64,000 nucleotides of DNA from Octopus vulgaris (lineage: Eukaryota), in contig OX597814.1 of NCBI GenBank assembly GCA_951406725.2, positions 205,096,001 through 205,160,000 on the forward strand, read 5' to 3'. This document shows positions 23,405-37,495 of this stretch, one piece after another. Within the stretch, counting starts at the first letter, position 1. Each line of letters begins with the position of its first letter. A program made the translations under genes and the position numbers. The notes beneath the pieces are model-generated. The model had not been told where the DNA came from, did no database searches, and was given only the letters and a program-made list of their open reading frames with translations.

Positions 23405-24039
23405 TATATAGGCACAGGCATGGTTGTGCAGTAAGAAATTTACTTCTCAACCAAAGGGTTTGGGGTTCAGTCCCACTGTGTGGCTCTTTGTGTAAGTGTC
23501 TTCTGTTATAGCTCTGATCCAACCAAAGGCTTGTCAGTGGGTTTTGTATTCAGAAACTGAAAGAAGCCCATTGTTTATATATGCATGCATGCATGTACGT
23601 ACGTATGTACTTATGTACGTATGTACGTACGCATGTATGTATGTATTTACATATGTATGTATAAACGACGGGGTTTTTTCAGTTTATATGTGTTTGTGTG
23701 TGTGTGTTTGTATTTGTGTGTGTGTGTGTGTTTGTGTGTTTTTTTGTGTGAGTGTGTTTATGTGTGTGTGTGTGTGTGTGTGTTTTACTGTCTTCTTGCC
23801 TTGACATTACATAATAGTTGTAGATAGAATTGCAAGTGGTATCCTTTGTTTCCAATCTTCCACAAAAACATGTCTGGCCATGGAGGAATATTAACTTACT
23901 TGTAAACAGGTGAGGGTTGGTGAGGGAAAGGGTATCTGGCCATAAAAATCCTCCCTAACAAATTGCCTCAGACCTATGCAAGCACAGAAATGCGGGAATT
24001 AAAATATTGATGATGATGATGATGATGAAAGAGAAATTA

Positions 24040-24290
24040 GGCATAAGAGGAATTAGAGGTAGTGTGCAAGAGAGGAGACTGCACTGGTTTGCTCATGTGA
24101 TGTGGATGGATGCTGACAGCTCCATAAAGAAGTGGTGATCCCTCAAAGTAGATGGAACACGTGGAAGAGGGAGAGCCAGATGAAGTACTGATGGGTGACC
24201 TCAAGATGCTGAACATTTCAGATGAGACGACAAAGGACCAGGATACCTGGCACTTTGCTGTACTCAAAAAGATCTGTCCTCCACCGCAAA
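24040..24290 (+). mobile_element. RTE LINE C-terminal fragment
   Basis: LGIRGIRGSVQERRLHWFAHVMWMD..VDGTRGRGR. Confidence 0.8.
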
Positions 24291-24363
24291 AGTGTTAAGG
24301 CCATTCGCCCTGTTGAGGAGGATTGGCCTGTGAAAGTCCTGGACCAGTACCATGTAAGAACGC

Positions 24364-24397
<34 letters not shown>

Positions 24398-24609
24398 TTA
24401 GCATCTGTTTTCCATGCTGGCATGGGTTGGACAGTTTGGCTGAAACTGGTAAGCTGTAGGGTCACACCAGGTCCCAATCTGCTCTGGCATGGTTTCTATG
24501 GCTGGATGCCCTTCCTCATGCCTACCACTCCAAGAGTATAACGGGTGCTTTTTATGTGCCACTGGCTTTTTGCATGTCACCGGCATGGGTGCCCGTTACA
24601 TGACACTAG

Positions 24610-25050
24610 CATCACTAATAAGTGTGTCCTGATTTATAAACCATGTAAAATGGTGTTGAAAGCAGCTCTTCACACATGGCAGATGTACTGGTACATTAAG
24701 CACCAGAAATGTACAGGATATAGACTCCCTCAAATATCAGTGGTGGGGTGGATCCTTGGAAGTAGTAGACAGCTTCTGTTACTTAGGTGACCTGGTTACC
24801 AGTGGTGGAAGTTGTTCTGAAAGCATAGCTGCTAGAATAAAAATAGGCTGGGTGAAGTTCAGAAAGCTATTACCCCTGTAACAATTACCTCTGTAACTAT
24901 TACCTGTGTAAGCTATTATCTGTGTAACAAAGGGTCTCTCCCTCAGAGTGAAAGGCAGATTGCATGATGCCTGTGTATGAACACTTATACTACATGGCAG
25001 TGTAAGATGGGCTGTGACTATTGAGGACATGGCAAGGCTTGAAAGCACCC
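24610..25050 (+). mobile_element. RTE LINE RT-thumb fragment
   Basis: LEVVDSFCYLGD..ARIKIGWVKFRKLLPL..LSLRVKGRLHDACV..LHGS. Confidence 0.85.
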
Positions 25051-26438
25051 GTGTCAGTGCCATATAAAAGCAGCTGTGCAGGAAGACAAAGTCCACTCTA
25101 TAAAGTGGTTGGTATCAGAAAAGGCATCTAGCTGTAGAAACCATGCCAAAACAGACAAGGAGCTCGGACAGCTCTTCAGCTGGTCAGCTCCTGTCAAACC
25201 GTCCAACCCTTGCCAGCATGGAAAATGGATGTAAAACAAGTGATGCTATTTCTCCATTACTTCACCTGATATCTAAATATTCCCCTTCATTGCTCCATGA
25301 TCTCACTTGATATCTAAATATTGCCCCATTTCCTCCTCAGCTACTAAATCTATACCCAATGGCTATAGAATGGGGATATTTACCCCATTGCTTGGTTTAG
25401 CTTTAAACAGAAATGCTTTACCAGTGTCTGTCACTCCCACATAAATACTCATTTAAATAATCTAGTTTGAATATATTTCAAGCAGTTTAAAGCTTCTGAT
25501 CATGAGTTAATATTTTATGTACTACTTCTTGGGTAGAAAGGGTTTTATATTCTTAGAAATATTCATTATTATCATTTTTTACATGAATAGGGGGCATGTC
25601 TAAAACAGTCTTTTAGCAGATTACACACTAGAAACGTCTGACAACACGTTTCTCCAAATGTTTTGATTATTTTCTTTCTTCTTTTTGAAAAAAGGAAATC
25701 TTTCCCAAAATACTATAAAATCACTAAGCTTTTTGTTATCATATTTCTCTTCAAATACACTGCCTTTCATCCTCCTCCTCCTCATCATCGTTTAATGTCC
25801 GTTTTCCATGCTAGCATGGGTTGGACGGTTCGACCGGGGATCTGGGAAGCCAGGAAGCTGCACCAAGCTCCAGTCTGATCTGGCAATGTTTCTACAGCTG
25901 GATGCCCTTCCTAACGCCAACCACTCCAAGAGTGTAGTGGGTGCTTTTTACGTGTCACCAGCACAGGTGCCAGGGGAAGCTGGCAAACATCCACGATCGG
26001 TTTGTGCTTTTACGTGCCACTGTCATGGAAGCCAGTCAAGGCGGTGCTGGCATCGGCCATATTCGGATGGTGCTTTTTACGTGCCACCGGCACAGGTATC
26101 ACAACTACAATTTCCATTTGATTTTTTGATGTTGATGTACTTGACTCAATAGGTCTCCTCAAGCACAGCAGGTCGCCCTGCTCACCTTTATTTCAATTAA
26201 TTTTAGAAATAACAAAGAATTCAGTAGAATGAGTTTGTCATTGTTAAGCAGGTCTTTGGGACATAAATTCCGATGGAAGGTGTTGATTTAGATGATTTTA
26301 AACAGGAAGTTTGTATGAGAAAGAGAATGAGTCACAGAGGGGGTGGTATCAAAAGGGTTAAACAACCTACACCAGGTAATACAATATATGAGGTGGTATC
26401 AAAAGGGTTAAACAACCTACACCAGGTAATACAATATA

Positions 26439-27363
26439 TGAGGTGGTATCAAAAGGTTCCACGACTGGTTATGTTTAGCACAAAATTTAACTTATTTACC
26501 TAAGTTGTAACATCATCTCCTCCAAAATAGTCCCCTTGCGCAGCAATACACTGGTCCCAGTATTCCTGCGACTTTTGGAATCCAGCCTGGAAGTCGTTTT
26601 CCGTAAGTGTGGTGAGGGCTTTCCGTGATTCCCTCTGGATCTTGACAATGGTGTTAAAATGGTGACCTTTGAGCTGCATTTTCATCTTGGGGAAGAGATG
26701 AAAGTCCACAGGTGCTAAAACTTGGTGAATAGGATGGGTGCAGAAGTGATACCATGTTGTTTTTGGCAAGAAACTCATGAGTGGGGAGAGCTCGGTGCCA
26801 GGGTGCATTGTCATTGTGAAAAATCCAGTTCTTCGTGTTCCACAGATCCATTCGTTTTTGCCAAATGTCCCTCCCTCAAAACATTGCAGTAGTACTCTCG
26901 ATCAACAGTCTGGCCCTGGGGGATGAATTCTCAATGCACAATATCACATTTCCAAGGGTGATGCTCATGGCAGGTCTTCCACATTGCTCATCGTCTTCCA
27001 GAGACACTCTTCCACCTTTGAAGCACCTGTGCCCCTTGAAACCTTGCGTATGACCCATTGCTTTATCGCTGTAAGCTTCCCCATGTATACTCCATGTGTC
27101 TGTGGCAGACTTCCCAAGTTTAACACAAAATTCCGTGTTGGCTCTTTGTTCCTATCCACGACAAAATCACAGACTACAGCATAGTATCACAATTGTGTGA
27201 TCACAAACACACAAATTTCACAACTAGCGATGTCAACAGAGCAATGTCACTCAACAGCTTGTCTCATGAAGGTCACTGCCAGCTCTCACTGCACATGCAA
27301 CCATGTGCTGCCATCTATTGGTGCGCTACAGAACTAGTCTGGGAAATTTTAGATACCGCCTCA
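26439..27363 (-). mobile_element. Internally deleted mariner transposon
   Basis: TIRs TGAGGTGGTATCAAAA / AGATACCGCCTCA with TA flanks. Transposase pieces FKGGRVSLEDDEQCGRP, WIFHNDNAPWH..LHPSYSP and APVDFHLFPKMK. Confidence 0.9.
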
Positions 27364-28215
27364 TATTTTTTCTTTTTGTTTTCCTTTTTATGACATCACC
27401 CCTCCATATTCTGCCCAATGCCTCACCTTGCATTTTGCTCAAAGGATTTTTCAAACATTTATATCATTTACTCTTTAGCAGCATTTAAAATTAAACCTAG
27501 GTTGATCGTGTGTATTATTTTAATTGCTGAATTATTTGGTGACCCCAAGAACTATCCAGAAGTACCTCTTGGATATTTTTACAATCCTTGTCAGGGTTAT
27601 TTCTTTGTATTTATTCTTTGATGCGAAATAGTTTTTTTTCTCTCTCTCTTATACATTGAGTGAATGTCTAGGTCTCGTATGGCTGTAAAAGCTATTGTGA
27701 AGGATGTGCTGTCCTGTATTACAGTAATATTAGTGACAGATGGCTGTCATTTGACTATGAAGATTCACTTGTTCAATCAGCTGAATTACTTTCCCATTAA
27801 ATTGCTATGAAATTGGTTGAGTATTCCATAGACATGTGTAGTCTTCAGAGAATATAACAAGAGTGTACCTTTTGAATTAAAGATACAATCCATCTGACAG
27901 GCTTCCATGCAGTTTTCATCAACCCAATTTCATGAACACGTTATGAGTTGACCTGAATCTCTAGAGAACGACATTTTCCCAAAATGGCATGCCTTGGGAT
28001 TGAACCAGAGACCTTGTGGAAGTGAAGCAAACGTTTTAATCTACACTATCACATTGCTATATATGTATATATAAATATGACCTCCCTCCTTCACAGTGGG
28101 GTGGCATCAATTGAATGCTACAACAATGCAAGGAAGTGTATTGTGACCATCGATGTACAGCAATACATCGCTGTACATTGATAGTCTGGTCAATAGTGAT
28201 AGTGATATATAGATA

Positions 28216-28252
<37 letters not shown>

Positions 28253-28539
28253 TGTTTGTTCCTTCTCGAGCCACGCCTGGCTCACAGGGCTGGTTTCCCG
28301 CTTTCCTTGGCATATAGGTTCCCCACCTGGATGGGACGCCAGTCCATCGCAGGTGAGCTGTAAGATTCAGGAGGAAAGAGTGAGAGAAAGTTGTGGTGAA
28401 AGAGTCAGCAGAAGTTCACCATTACCTTCTGCTGGAGCTGCATGGAGCTTAGGTGTTTTGCTCATAAACACACACATCACCCAGTCTGAGATTCGAACTC
28501 ACAATCCCTCGCCTGCGAGTCTGATACTCCATCTAGAAT

Positions 28540-28840
28540 AAGGAACCAGTACTGTAACATTTTGGGTTTTGAAGGTCCACAACTGCTCAACATTCTGCAA
28601 GACAACCTCAGAAATTTTTGAAGTGTAGATGTGGAGTTCTTCAAAGAGTGTCAAGACAGATTTCCATCTAAGGTACCAGATAAACCCACATCATGGCAGG
28701 AAACAACACAGAGAAGAGCATCTCTGTCTAATTCACCACTTCCCCAAAAACACTACAGAAAAGAAACCCAAACAAACTCAAAGATGGTGCTCTAGCATGG
28801 CCTCAGCCTCTGGCAGAAACCAGTAAAAGATAAAAGATAA
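28540..28840 (+). mobile_element. LINE 3' end (CR1/L2-like) sharing its tail with family A SINE
   Basis: LGFEGPQLLNILQDNLRN..VDVEFFK..DRFPSKVPDKPT, followed by GGTGCTCTAGCATGGCC.CAG...GAAACCAGTAAAAGATAAAAGATA. Confidence 0.7.
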
Positions 28841-29789
28841 ATATATTTATATATGTGTGTGTGTGTATGTGTGTATATGTGTGTAGGTATACATACACAA
28901 ATATAGAATCTTGATCAACCATGTAGTATTCGATCAATACCAAACTTTCATATTAAAACAAAATTATCTTAATTAAGAATCAAACACTTTTGTTAAGAGT
29001 AAATAATTCGTTAAAATTAATTGATCAATATTGATATAAACTAATAAATTTTACGAATAAATTCAAGGACAATAATGTTAATTTACTGCAGTGAACAATT
29101 AAAGAAATATATAATGTGTGTTGGTGTATATAAATACTTACCATAAATGCCATCCAAACATATATATGCCTTACACACACTCACACAGACACACACACAC
29201 TCTCACACATCCATGCCCACACCCACTGGCACACACACTCACACATGCATACACACACTCACCCCCACACAGACACACTCACACAGCCACACCCACTGAC
29301 ACCCACACCCCCACTCTCACATACACACACACACTCATCCCACACACAGACACACTCACTCCAAACTCTCTCTCTCACACACAGACACACACACACACAA
29401 AATGTATTATCATCATAATCATTATTTGATTCTCCGTTTGAAGAATTTCCAATGCGAGATATCTTAGATATTTCTTCTACATGTACAATTTTGTAACTTC
29501 TATCAGCAAATGAAACACATGTAATGGTGACTTAATAATGCCAAAAACTTTCCCAGTCCCCTGTTTTGATACATTCATATATGAGTATATATGGCTGTGC
29601 AGTTAAAAAGTTTACTTTCCAACCCTATGGCCTCAAGTTCATTCCCACTGCATGGAACTTGGGACAACTGTTTTTCGTAATAGTCGTAGGCAGACAAATC
29701 GTTCAAACAGTGGAAGATATTCTATGAGGGGAGGAAGAAATAAATGGTGACAATTTGTACATTTCTTTGGAGAGAGAGAAAGAGAAAGT

Positions 29790-29799
29790 GAGAAAGCAG

Positions 29800-29845
<46 letters not shown>

Positions 29846-29903
29846 AGGAAAAATATAGGTCTTAGCAAGTTGGAAAATTGCAGATGAGAAAATGAAAAGA
29901 AAA

Positions 29904-29970
<67 letters not shown>

Positions 29971-29985
29971 AAGAGAGAGAGAGAG

Positions 29986-30031
<46 letters not shown>

Positions 30032-30100
30032 GAGGAAAATATAGGTCTTAGCAAGTTGGAAAATTGCAGATGAGAAAATGAAAAGAAAAATAGAGAGAGA
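29790..30100. repeat. (GA)n tracts carrying a duplicated ~70-bp unique unit
   Basis: GGAGGAAAA(A)TATAGGTCTTAGCAAGTTGGAAAATTGCAGATGAGAAAATGAAAAGAAAAATAG occurs at about 29844 and 30031. Confidence 0.9.
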
Positions 30101-30739
30101 GAAAGGGAAGCCTACTGTGGAAGGAAATGGGAGTAATGTTAGTGGGGGTGGGGTGGATGGTGTAGGAGGTGGTGTAGTGTGGTGGTGTCAAGATGTGGGT
30201 GGAAGGGTTGTTCAGTGGAATTGTTAGGGCCATGCAGGAAGGGTAGGAAATTTGAGAAAAAGGGTGGACAAAGGAGAGGAGGTAAGGGACAATAGGGGTG
30301 TATAGATGGTAACCTGGTTGCATGTGGCTAATGGAATGAGGAGAGACAGGAAATGAGCTGGCAGGTGTAGGAGAAAATTGTGTTTAAAGAATTGGTGAAG
30401 AGTGAGGAATTGGAATTACGAGGAGTGGCCAGAAATGGAGAGAATGATGAGAGGCGAGCGGGGGGTGGGGGGGGGGATAAAGAGTTGAAAATAGAAAAAG
30501 TGAACAGGTGCACTTTCTACAGAACTGAAAGTACATCCACACACACTTATACATATTTCTTTCTCCCTGCATGTATATATAAGGTGTGGCTGTGTGGTAA
30601 GAAATTTGCTTCTCAACCACATAGTTCCAGGTTCTGTCCCATTGCATGGCACCTTGGGCAAGTGTCTTCTATACCTTAGGTTAACCAAAACCTTGTGAGT
30701 GGATTTGGTAGATGGAAACTGAAAGAAACCTGCTGTGTG

Positions 30740-30781
<42 letters not shown>

Positions 30782-30993
30782 GTACTTGTTTCAGTCATTC
30801 GACTGCGGCCATGCTGGAGCACCGCCTTTAGAGTGGTGAAAGAGTACAGCAGGGATCACCACCATCCCCTGCCGGAGCCTCGTGGAGCTTTTAGGTGTTT
30901 TTCGCTCAATAAACACACACAACGCCTGGTCTGGGAATCGAAACCGCGATACTCCGACCGCAAGTCCGCTGCCCTAACCACTGGGCCATTGCG

Positions 30994-31102
<109 letters not shown>

Positions 31103-31845
31103 TTACTATTATGCAAAAGTGCTGTAAGTCCAAAACATTGCTTTTTCAGAAAATGAAAAAGTAGTTTCACCATTCCATAGCAAAACTGTTGTACTACACT
31201 TTAGCAATTTTTGATATCTTGGCATCTGAAGCATCTGGAGATACAATAGTTTGACCAAAACAATTGGCTATTGCAAGCAAAAATAAATATATAAAAAAAA
31301 AAATGCATTTGGTCAAATTTGGACATACAACAGTTTGACCTAATAGCAATGATATGTGTGTGTGTGTGTATGCATGTCTTTGTGTCTGTTTTTGTCCCCC
31401 ACCGTGGCTTGATAACCAGTGTTGGTGTGTTTACATCCTTGCAACTTAGCGGTTCAACAAAAGAGACTGATAGAATAAGTACCAGGCTTAAAAACAAATA
31501 AGTCCTGGGGTTGATTCCTTCAACTAAAAATTCGTCAAGGCAGTGCTCCAGCATGGCCGCAGTCTAATGACTGAAACAAATAAAAGATACAAGATAAAAG
31601 ATATATATATATATAACTTAAACAAAATGATCCAAGGGAAGTAACTGAAAGTGCCCAGTGGCATGTTTTTCACCAATACAAATACAGGTGTATCAGATAC
31701 TGTAAAACATAAATTCCTCATTTATTACAGCTATCTCTGCCTCCAGAAGATGTATTGTAATTACTAAATGACAATTAAGACCAGCTTCACTTGAGAACGG
31801 AAGATAATCTCAGGATTAAAGAAATTCTCTCCAAAGTTGACGCAC

Positions 31846-31881
31846 CATTCCTTTAAGCCACTTCTTCTTAGCTTCTTTCAT
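31846..31881 (-). CDS. Candidate coding segment MKEAKKKWLKGM (exon about 31846-31922)
   Basis: Open frame EFGLFTKTINEKMKEAKKKWLKGM ends phase 0 at donor gtgcgt, compatible with the exon starting at 22652. Confidence 0.4.
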
Positions 31882-31931
31882 TTTCTCATTAATAGTTTTA
31901 GTGAAAAGACCAAACTCTAGCCCTTATTTAA

Positions 31932-32136
31932 CCCTTTCGTTACTGTATTTATTTTGAGATACTCTGTGCTTCTTTCGGTTCATTTTAAATATAACAAAGA
32001 ATTTAGTAAAATAACTTATCATTAAGCTAGTATTTGTGACTAAGGTTTGGTGGAAGATTTTAACTGAGAACTTTTGAAAACAAGACATTTGTACTCAGAG
32101 CCAGAAGTGGTTTCAGCCGGGTTGGTAACGAAAGGG
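31932..32136. mobile_element. piggyBac-type MITE
   Basis: TIR CCCTTTCGTTAC/GTAACGAAAGGG with TTAA target duplication. Second copy at 62636-62857; partial relative at about 26185-26361. Confidence 0.9.
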
Positions 32137-33199
32137 TTAAAGAAAGAGAAAGAGGGAGAGTGCATATATAAATAAGACTGAAGGTGAGAGAGGGGGAGAG
32201 AAGGGGAAAGAGAAGTGAGGAGAAAGAGAGAGTGAGGGAGAGAAAGAGAGGGAGATAGAAAGAGAGAGAGAGAGAGAGATTTTTCCCTCTCACCGAAGCA
32301 GGACAAATGTCCAAAACATTAAGTTTCTCTTCTTCCTCATGTCATAAAACATTTTCTTCCATCTTAACAATTCGTATTATTTGTAGAACATTATAACTTG
32401 ATTGTAATACAAACTAATGTTGTTGGCATTGTTGTTTAACCCTAGGCAAGCTTTGATCAAGCAGACCTATTATCTTGGCTGGTGGACTTAATCCTTTGCC
32501 CTGTCTCTCAGGTATCTTTAGAACAACAGAACAGTATTCTTTGCTGCCACGACACAGCCCCAAAGATAACATACTGCTTTCAACCTCTGAAAAGGGCCAT
32601 GGGTGCTTCCTTCCTCTAAACCCTAAACTCATCCCATCTTTTATCAGACAATAAATGTAGGATTACATTATTCAACGTGTCATTCTATTGTTTAGGATGT
32701 TAGGGTGTGACTTGTGGGAGCTGTGGTTGCTACCACAAGTAAATTGAAAATCTTCATTTACTCAAGGGACATAATATAAAATCTAAAGGGGCAGGATTAC
32801 CAAATTCTATTCATTTGTGTTTTTATTGATTTAACAAATGGGTTTTGATCATTCGAGAATTTAATCTTTGCTGATCACATATTAAAGACAACAACAACTG
32901 CATGTACAATGATGATGATGATGATGGTGGTGGTGGTAGTAGTGGTGGTAAATGATAATGATGATGAAGACAATTATGATGATGATAATGATGACAATTG
33001 TGATGATGATGGTGGTGGTAGTGATGGTAAATAATATTGATGATGAAGACAGTTATGATGATGATAATGATGACAATTGTGATGATGATGATGATGATGA
33101 TGAAATAGTGATATTGGCAGTGGAAACCTATAAAATCTTATGATACAAGAATGTCTCCATAATGTAAAGCAATATTAAATAAATCACATACAGACAATG

Positions 33200-33490
33200 A
33201 GGCTGGTAGAACTGGTAGAACAGTGAACAAATTGGTAGAGGTTTGGTAGAGCAATGAACAAATTGGTAGCGGGTTGGTTGAGCAGTGAACAAATTGGTAG
33301 TGGGTTGGTAGAGCAGTGAACACAATGGGGTTGGTAGAATTGGTAGTGAACAAAATGCTGGTGTGCAGTTTGAATTGGTAGAGCAGCGAACAAAATGGTG
33401 GCAAATTGGTAGAACAGTGAACACAATGGTAGTGGGTTGGTAAAGCAGTGAACAAAATGATGATGGATTGGTAGAACTTATAAGAGCAGT
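33200..33490. repeat. Minisatellite (TTGGTAGAGCAGTGAACAAATTGGTAGTGGG-like unit)
   Basis: Multiple imperfect tandem units. Confidence 0.85.
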
Positions 33491-34169
33491 GAATGAAACA
33501 GATTCCTTTAGGTTCTGAGTTTGAATCCTGCTGAAGTTAAATTTCCCTTCCCAGGGTTGATGAAATAAAGTACCAATTAAATAGTGGTTTCAAATTTTGG
33601 CACAAGGCCAGCAATTTTAGTGGAGGAATAAGTCAATTACATCGACTCCAGTGTTCCACTGGTATCTATTTTATAGATCCTGAAAGGATGGAAAGCAAAG
33701 TCGACCCTAGCAGCATTTGAACTCAGAACACAAAGATAGAAGAAATATTGCGAAGCATTTTTTCTGGTGCTGTAATGATTCTGTTAGCTTGCCATCCAAT
33801 TAAACATTGGAGTCAATAATATTTCATTATATCTATTTAGCCCACAAGGGGCTAAACACAGAGAGGATAAACAAGGACAGGCAAATGGATTAAGTCGATT
33901 ATATCGACCCCAGTGCATAACTGGTACTTATTTAATCGACCCCGAAAGGATGAAAGGCAAAGTCGACCTTGGCAGAATTTGAACTCAGAATGTAACAGCA
34001 GACGAAATACCGCTAAGCATTTCGCCTGGCGTGCTAACGATTCTGCCAGTTTGCTGCCTTTTATTTCATTATACCCGTCCACTGAAACATACTATTGTAT
34101 CAGACACGCTTGAAACAAGAGAAGACCAAAACAACACTGTGTACATTGTTTATAACATGTTCATATATA

Positions 34170-34460
34170 ACAAAGCTTGCTGTAGGATTTAGCCTTGGAG
34201 AACAACTTCTCTTTAGAGACTTTGCATATCCTGAATTAACTTCTACGTACATCAGCAAGTGCCCTATTTAATGATTTCTATATAGAAACAGAAATTTCTA
34301 CCTAGCTCCAAATGACTGAGCTGGTGCCTGTTGCCGAGGAGGGAAAATTATAGCAAGGGCTGACAGTTCACTGATGTCATCTGGAGCATGTGATACTTTG
34401 AACACATAAAGTCTCTAAGAAGTTGTTCTCTGAGACTAGATTCAACATCGAAAGCTGTTC
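34170..34460. repeat. Degenerate inverted repeat / old MITE
   Basis: GAGAACAACTTCT.TTTAGAGACTTT (~34198) versus AAAGTCTCTAAGAAGTTGTTCTC (~34408). Confidence 0.6.
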
Positions 34461-34759
34461 CATGTATAAGTGTGGCTATAAATGTGTTACAGATGATGTA
34501 GAGATCGTCATACAGTATTATATTACAAAAAGAAGGTTCTTTCTTAAAATAGTTATTTCTAGATATGTGTGTCTGAGAATTTTTATGAGTGTTACCTTTC
34601 CCACATGCTCTTTTATTATCACACACATAGGGGTACGTTTGTTACATACTTGCATTTTTAATGTTTGTCATGAATATGTGTGATATCTAAAAAGTTTGCC
34701 AGTCTCCCAACTGTATGCCCCATCCACAAACTCCACAAGTCGCACTCTTAATATTTGTC

Positions 34760-35090
34760 AAAAGCCAAACATGTCAATCCCTAAATGTTTACTAGACCAT
34801 GCCAAACATATGCCACACCCAAATGTTTACCAGGCATCCTAGCAATGCCACACCCCAAATATTTGCCAAACCCCTTCACACATGCACCATACCCTAAATA
34901 TTTACCAGACTATACAAACACCTACTAAATGACCCAAGTCTATACTAATGTTAATAATATCTATAGAAAATTCACACATATGCGACATTCAAATGTTGCT
35001 GGGTACCTAGGTAATGCCAAGGAACCTACACATATACCCATCCGAAATATTTATCAGATCACCCAAATATGCTATATTTTAGATTTTTGA
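34760..35090. repeat. Degenerate ~33-bp tandem repeat (ATATGCCACACCCAAATGTTTACCAG-like)
   Basis: Recurring CC(C/T)AAAT(G/A)TTT(A/G)C(C/T)A motif. Confidence 0.65.
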
Positions 35091-35149
35091 CAGAATCCAC
35101 CTGTTTTCAAAGCAAGATGTTTATAAATTATAAAGAAAAAAATATATAT

Positions 35150-37495
35150 TAAGGTTTATTTTGAATTTATTTTGCCAAAATTTCATCTCCACATTATCAG
35201 ATAATTAAACTTTAAAGTTCTTTATTATAAATATTTCAATAATGACAATAAATTAATTATTCAGATAATCAAATACTAAAATATTTCATTAATTTTTGAT
35301 TAAAAAAAACATATAAAAGGCAAAACAGAACATTGATGGTGACAGGCCAATGAAAATACATTCTGTAATAAATAGTGGTACTACTGTTTGTCTTTGCTTG
35401 AAAGGGCCTTAGAAAAACAGCATTTTGTTCATTTGCCTGTGACATTAAGAGGCAAGCGAATACCAAATGACCTCCCCGCTTCATTGGAGAGGACAATTAG
35501 TAGTTTTATTTATTTATTTTTTCTTCCTGAAACATTGATTCTTTCAGGGTAAGATTGTTGTGTGGTGTTTAGCAGGTTATTCTAGACCCATTTACAAGAA
35601 AATAAAAAAAAAACCCCTAAAACTTCTTCATATTAAGGAGTATGTTTCACTATCTCTTTAATATTTTGAGACAGAGGGTTAGCCAGATGTGCCAACGTTT
35701 GAGATAGCAATTTTATGACTGCTGCTATAAGGTCACTAAATATTTACTTTAGCAGAAAGGGTCAGCCATAATGTGAATCTGCTCAAAGAACTGGCTTTGT
35801 AATTAATCACAGGTCTTAAATATTTCATTATTGAACATGTACAGAAACCATTCAGATATTTCCAATAGCTGCTGCAATATATTCATCAAGAACTTCAAGC
35901 ACCAAGTTCATGGAATCCAGCTGAATTAAGAAATAGTGATTCTTTAATTTCTGAATTTCTGCACATTAAATAAGGAAATATGTTAAATCCAGTTTGTAAA
36001 TAGGCATAGAATTGAATATATTAACAATCTTATCTAAAAATCTAGTTGATCGATCATATCAAAGTTAATCGAACAAATAAACAAATTAAGAAAAACAAAA
36101 ACATTAATATTTACATTGTAATTTAAATCTAAATAAGAGGAATATTGCTGAGAAAATAATTATTTAAAAATTGTGTCACCTGGACACACAGGTAAAATCA
36201 TTTTGGATTGGATTTGAAGAATGTTCAGAATTCAGCAAGTAAAAAAGTTTGTTGACATTTGGACATTATGAGACAAAACAAGAATTTTATTGAGTCATTC
36301 CAGCGAAAAATATTGAAAGATCAATAACATGCCCCAACACTTAGGCAGTTGTAAATTAGCATTCAAGACACCATCTTTAGAGAAACATGAAATTTGTCAA
36401 AGAAATGTTGATGTGTCTTAAAGTTTCATAAAGCTTTCAAATAATGCCCAAATATGTTATCCAGATGAGTTAGCCTGATGGTTTCTTTCTTTGGTTTTCA
36501 AAGCAGTTTCGTTTATTTGTACATGAAACATAGATGTTCCTATTAGAAAGACTAATGTGCACAGGGAGGCTGGAGGTTATTACAAATGTGTGGTGGGGGA
36601 ACATGTAATTTAAGTAAACTTTTATAATAATTTGTTAAAGGCCCCTGACTAATGAAAGAGGGGAAACATAGATGTGCCAAAATCTCACACAGAACAGATC
36701 CGTTTTTGGTTTTTCTTGTTTTTAATGATAGGAGGGCAAAAGATGAAAGCATGATTTGTTTTTTAATTAGAGAAAAACCAAGGATCAAAAAAAAAAACTA
36801 ATGTTTTCCCCATTTTTTTTTGATTGTTGTAATCAGTTTATTATTATTATTATTGTGGCCGAGAAAAATAAAATGAAATCAAGAGAACAAAAGGCACACA
36901 CAAAACAACATTATTAAAAGGTGAGAAAGAAAAAGACAAAAAAGGTTTTCGAAATTAAACAGACGGGGTCATTGAGAAATAATATTGGCTGAGAGAAAGC
37001 TGAATCAGCTAAGTAGAAGTCTGTGAAGAGACAGAGGAAAATGGTGCTTGAAGCAAGTTGAAAGATAGAATTCTTCAATAGAAGAAATTCAGATTAAAAA
37101 AATTATTTCCCGTCTATTAATCATTTGAAGATATGTTAAAGAGTTCTTCATTCTAAGATATATTTTGGCAGAATAAATGTTTTTTGTTTAATTTTTGTCA
37201 GCAGAGATCTGAGACAGTTACATTTTACTTATTTCTGGATGCTTTTAGAAGCAATTTTCTAAATGAAATTATTTCTTATCCAAAATTGGGCAGCTTGAAA
37301 ATAATTTTAAAGTTTGTTTCTTTTTGATGACAATCTTCTAAGAGTGGATCTCATTGAATTAAAAAAAAAAATGGGAGAAAAAGAAGGAGACAAGAATTTC
37401 AAGAAATTTCAGAGTTCTGTACAGATTGATCATTTCAGCAAGAACTCCAAAAATGGAAGGAGCAAATGTTGTAAAGTTAACTTCAGAAATATTTA
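35150..37495 (-). other. Probable 3' UTR of gene B
   Basis: About 2.3 kb free of recognisable transposons directly after the stop codon at 37496; AATAAA on the minus strand near 35155. Confidence 0.5.
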
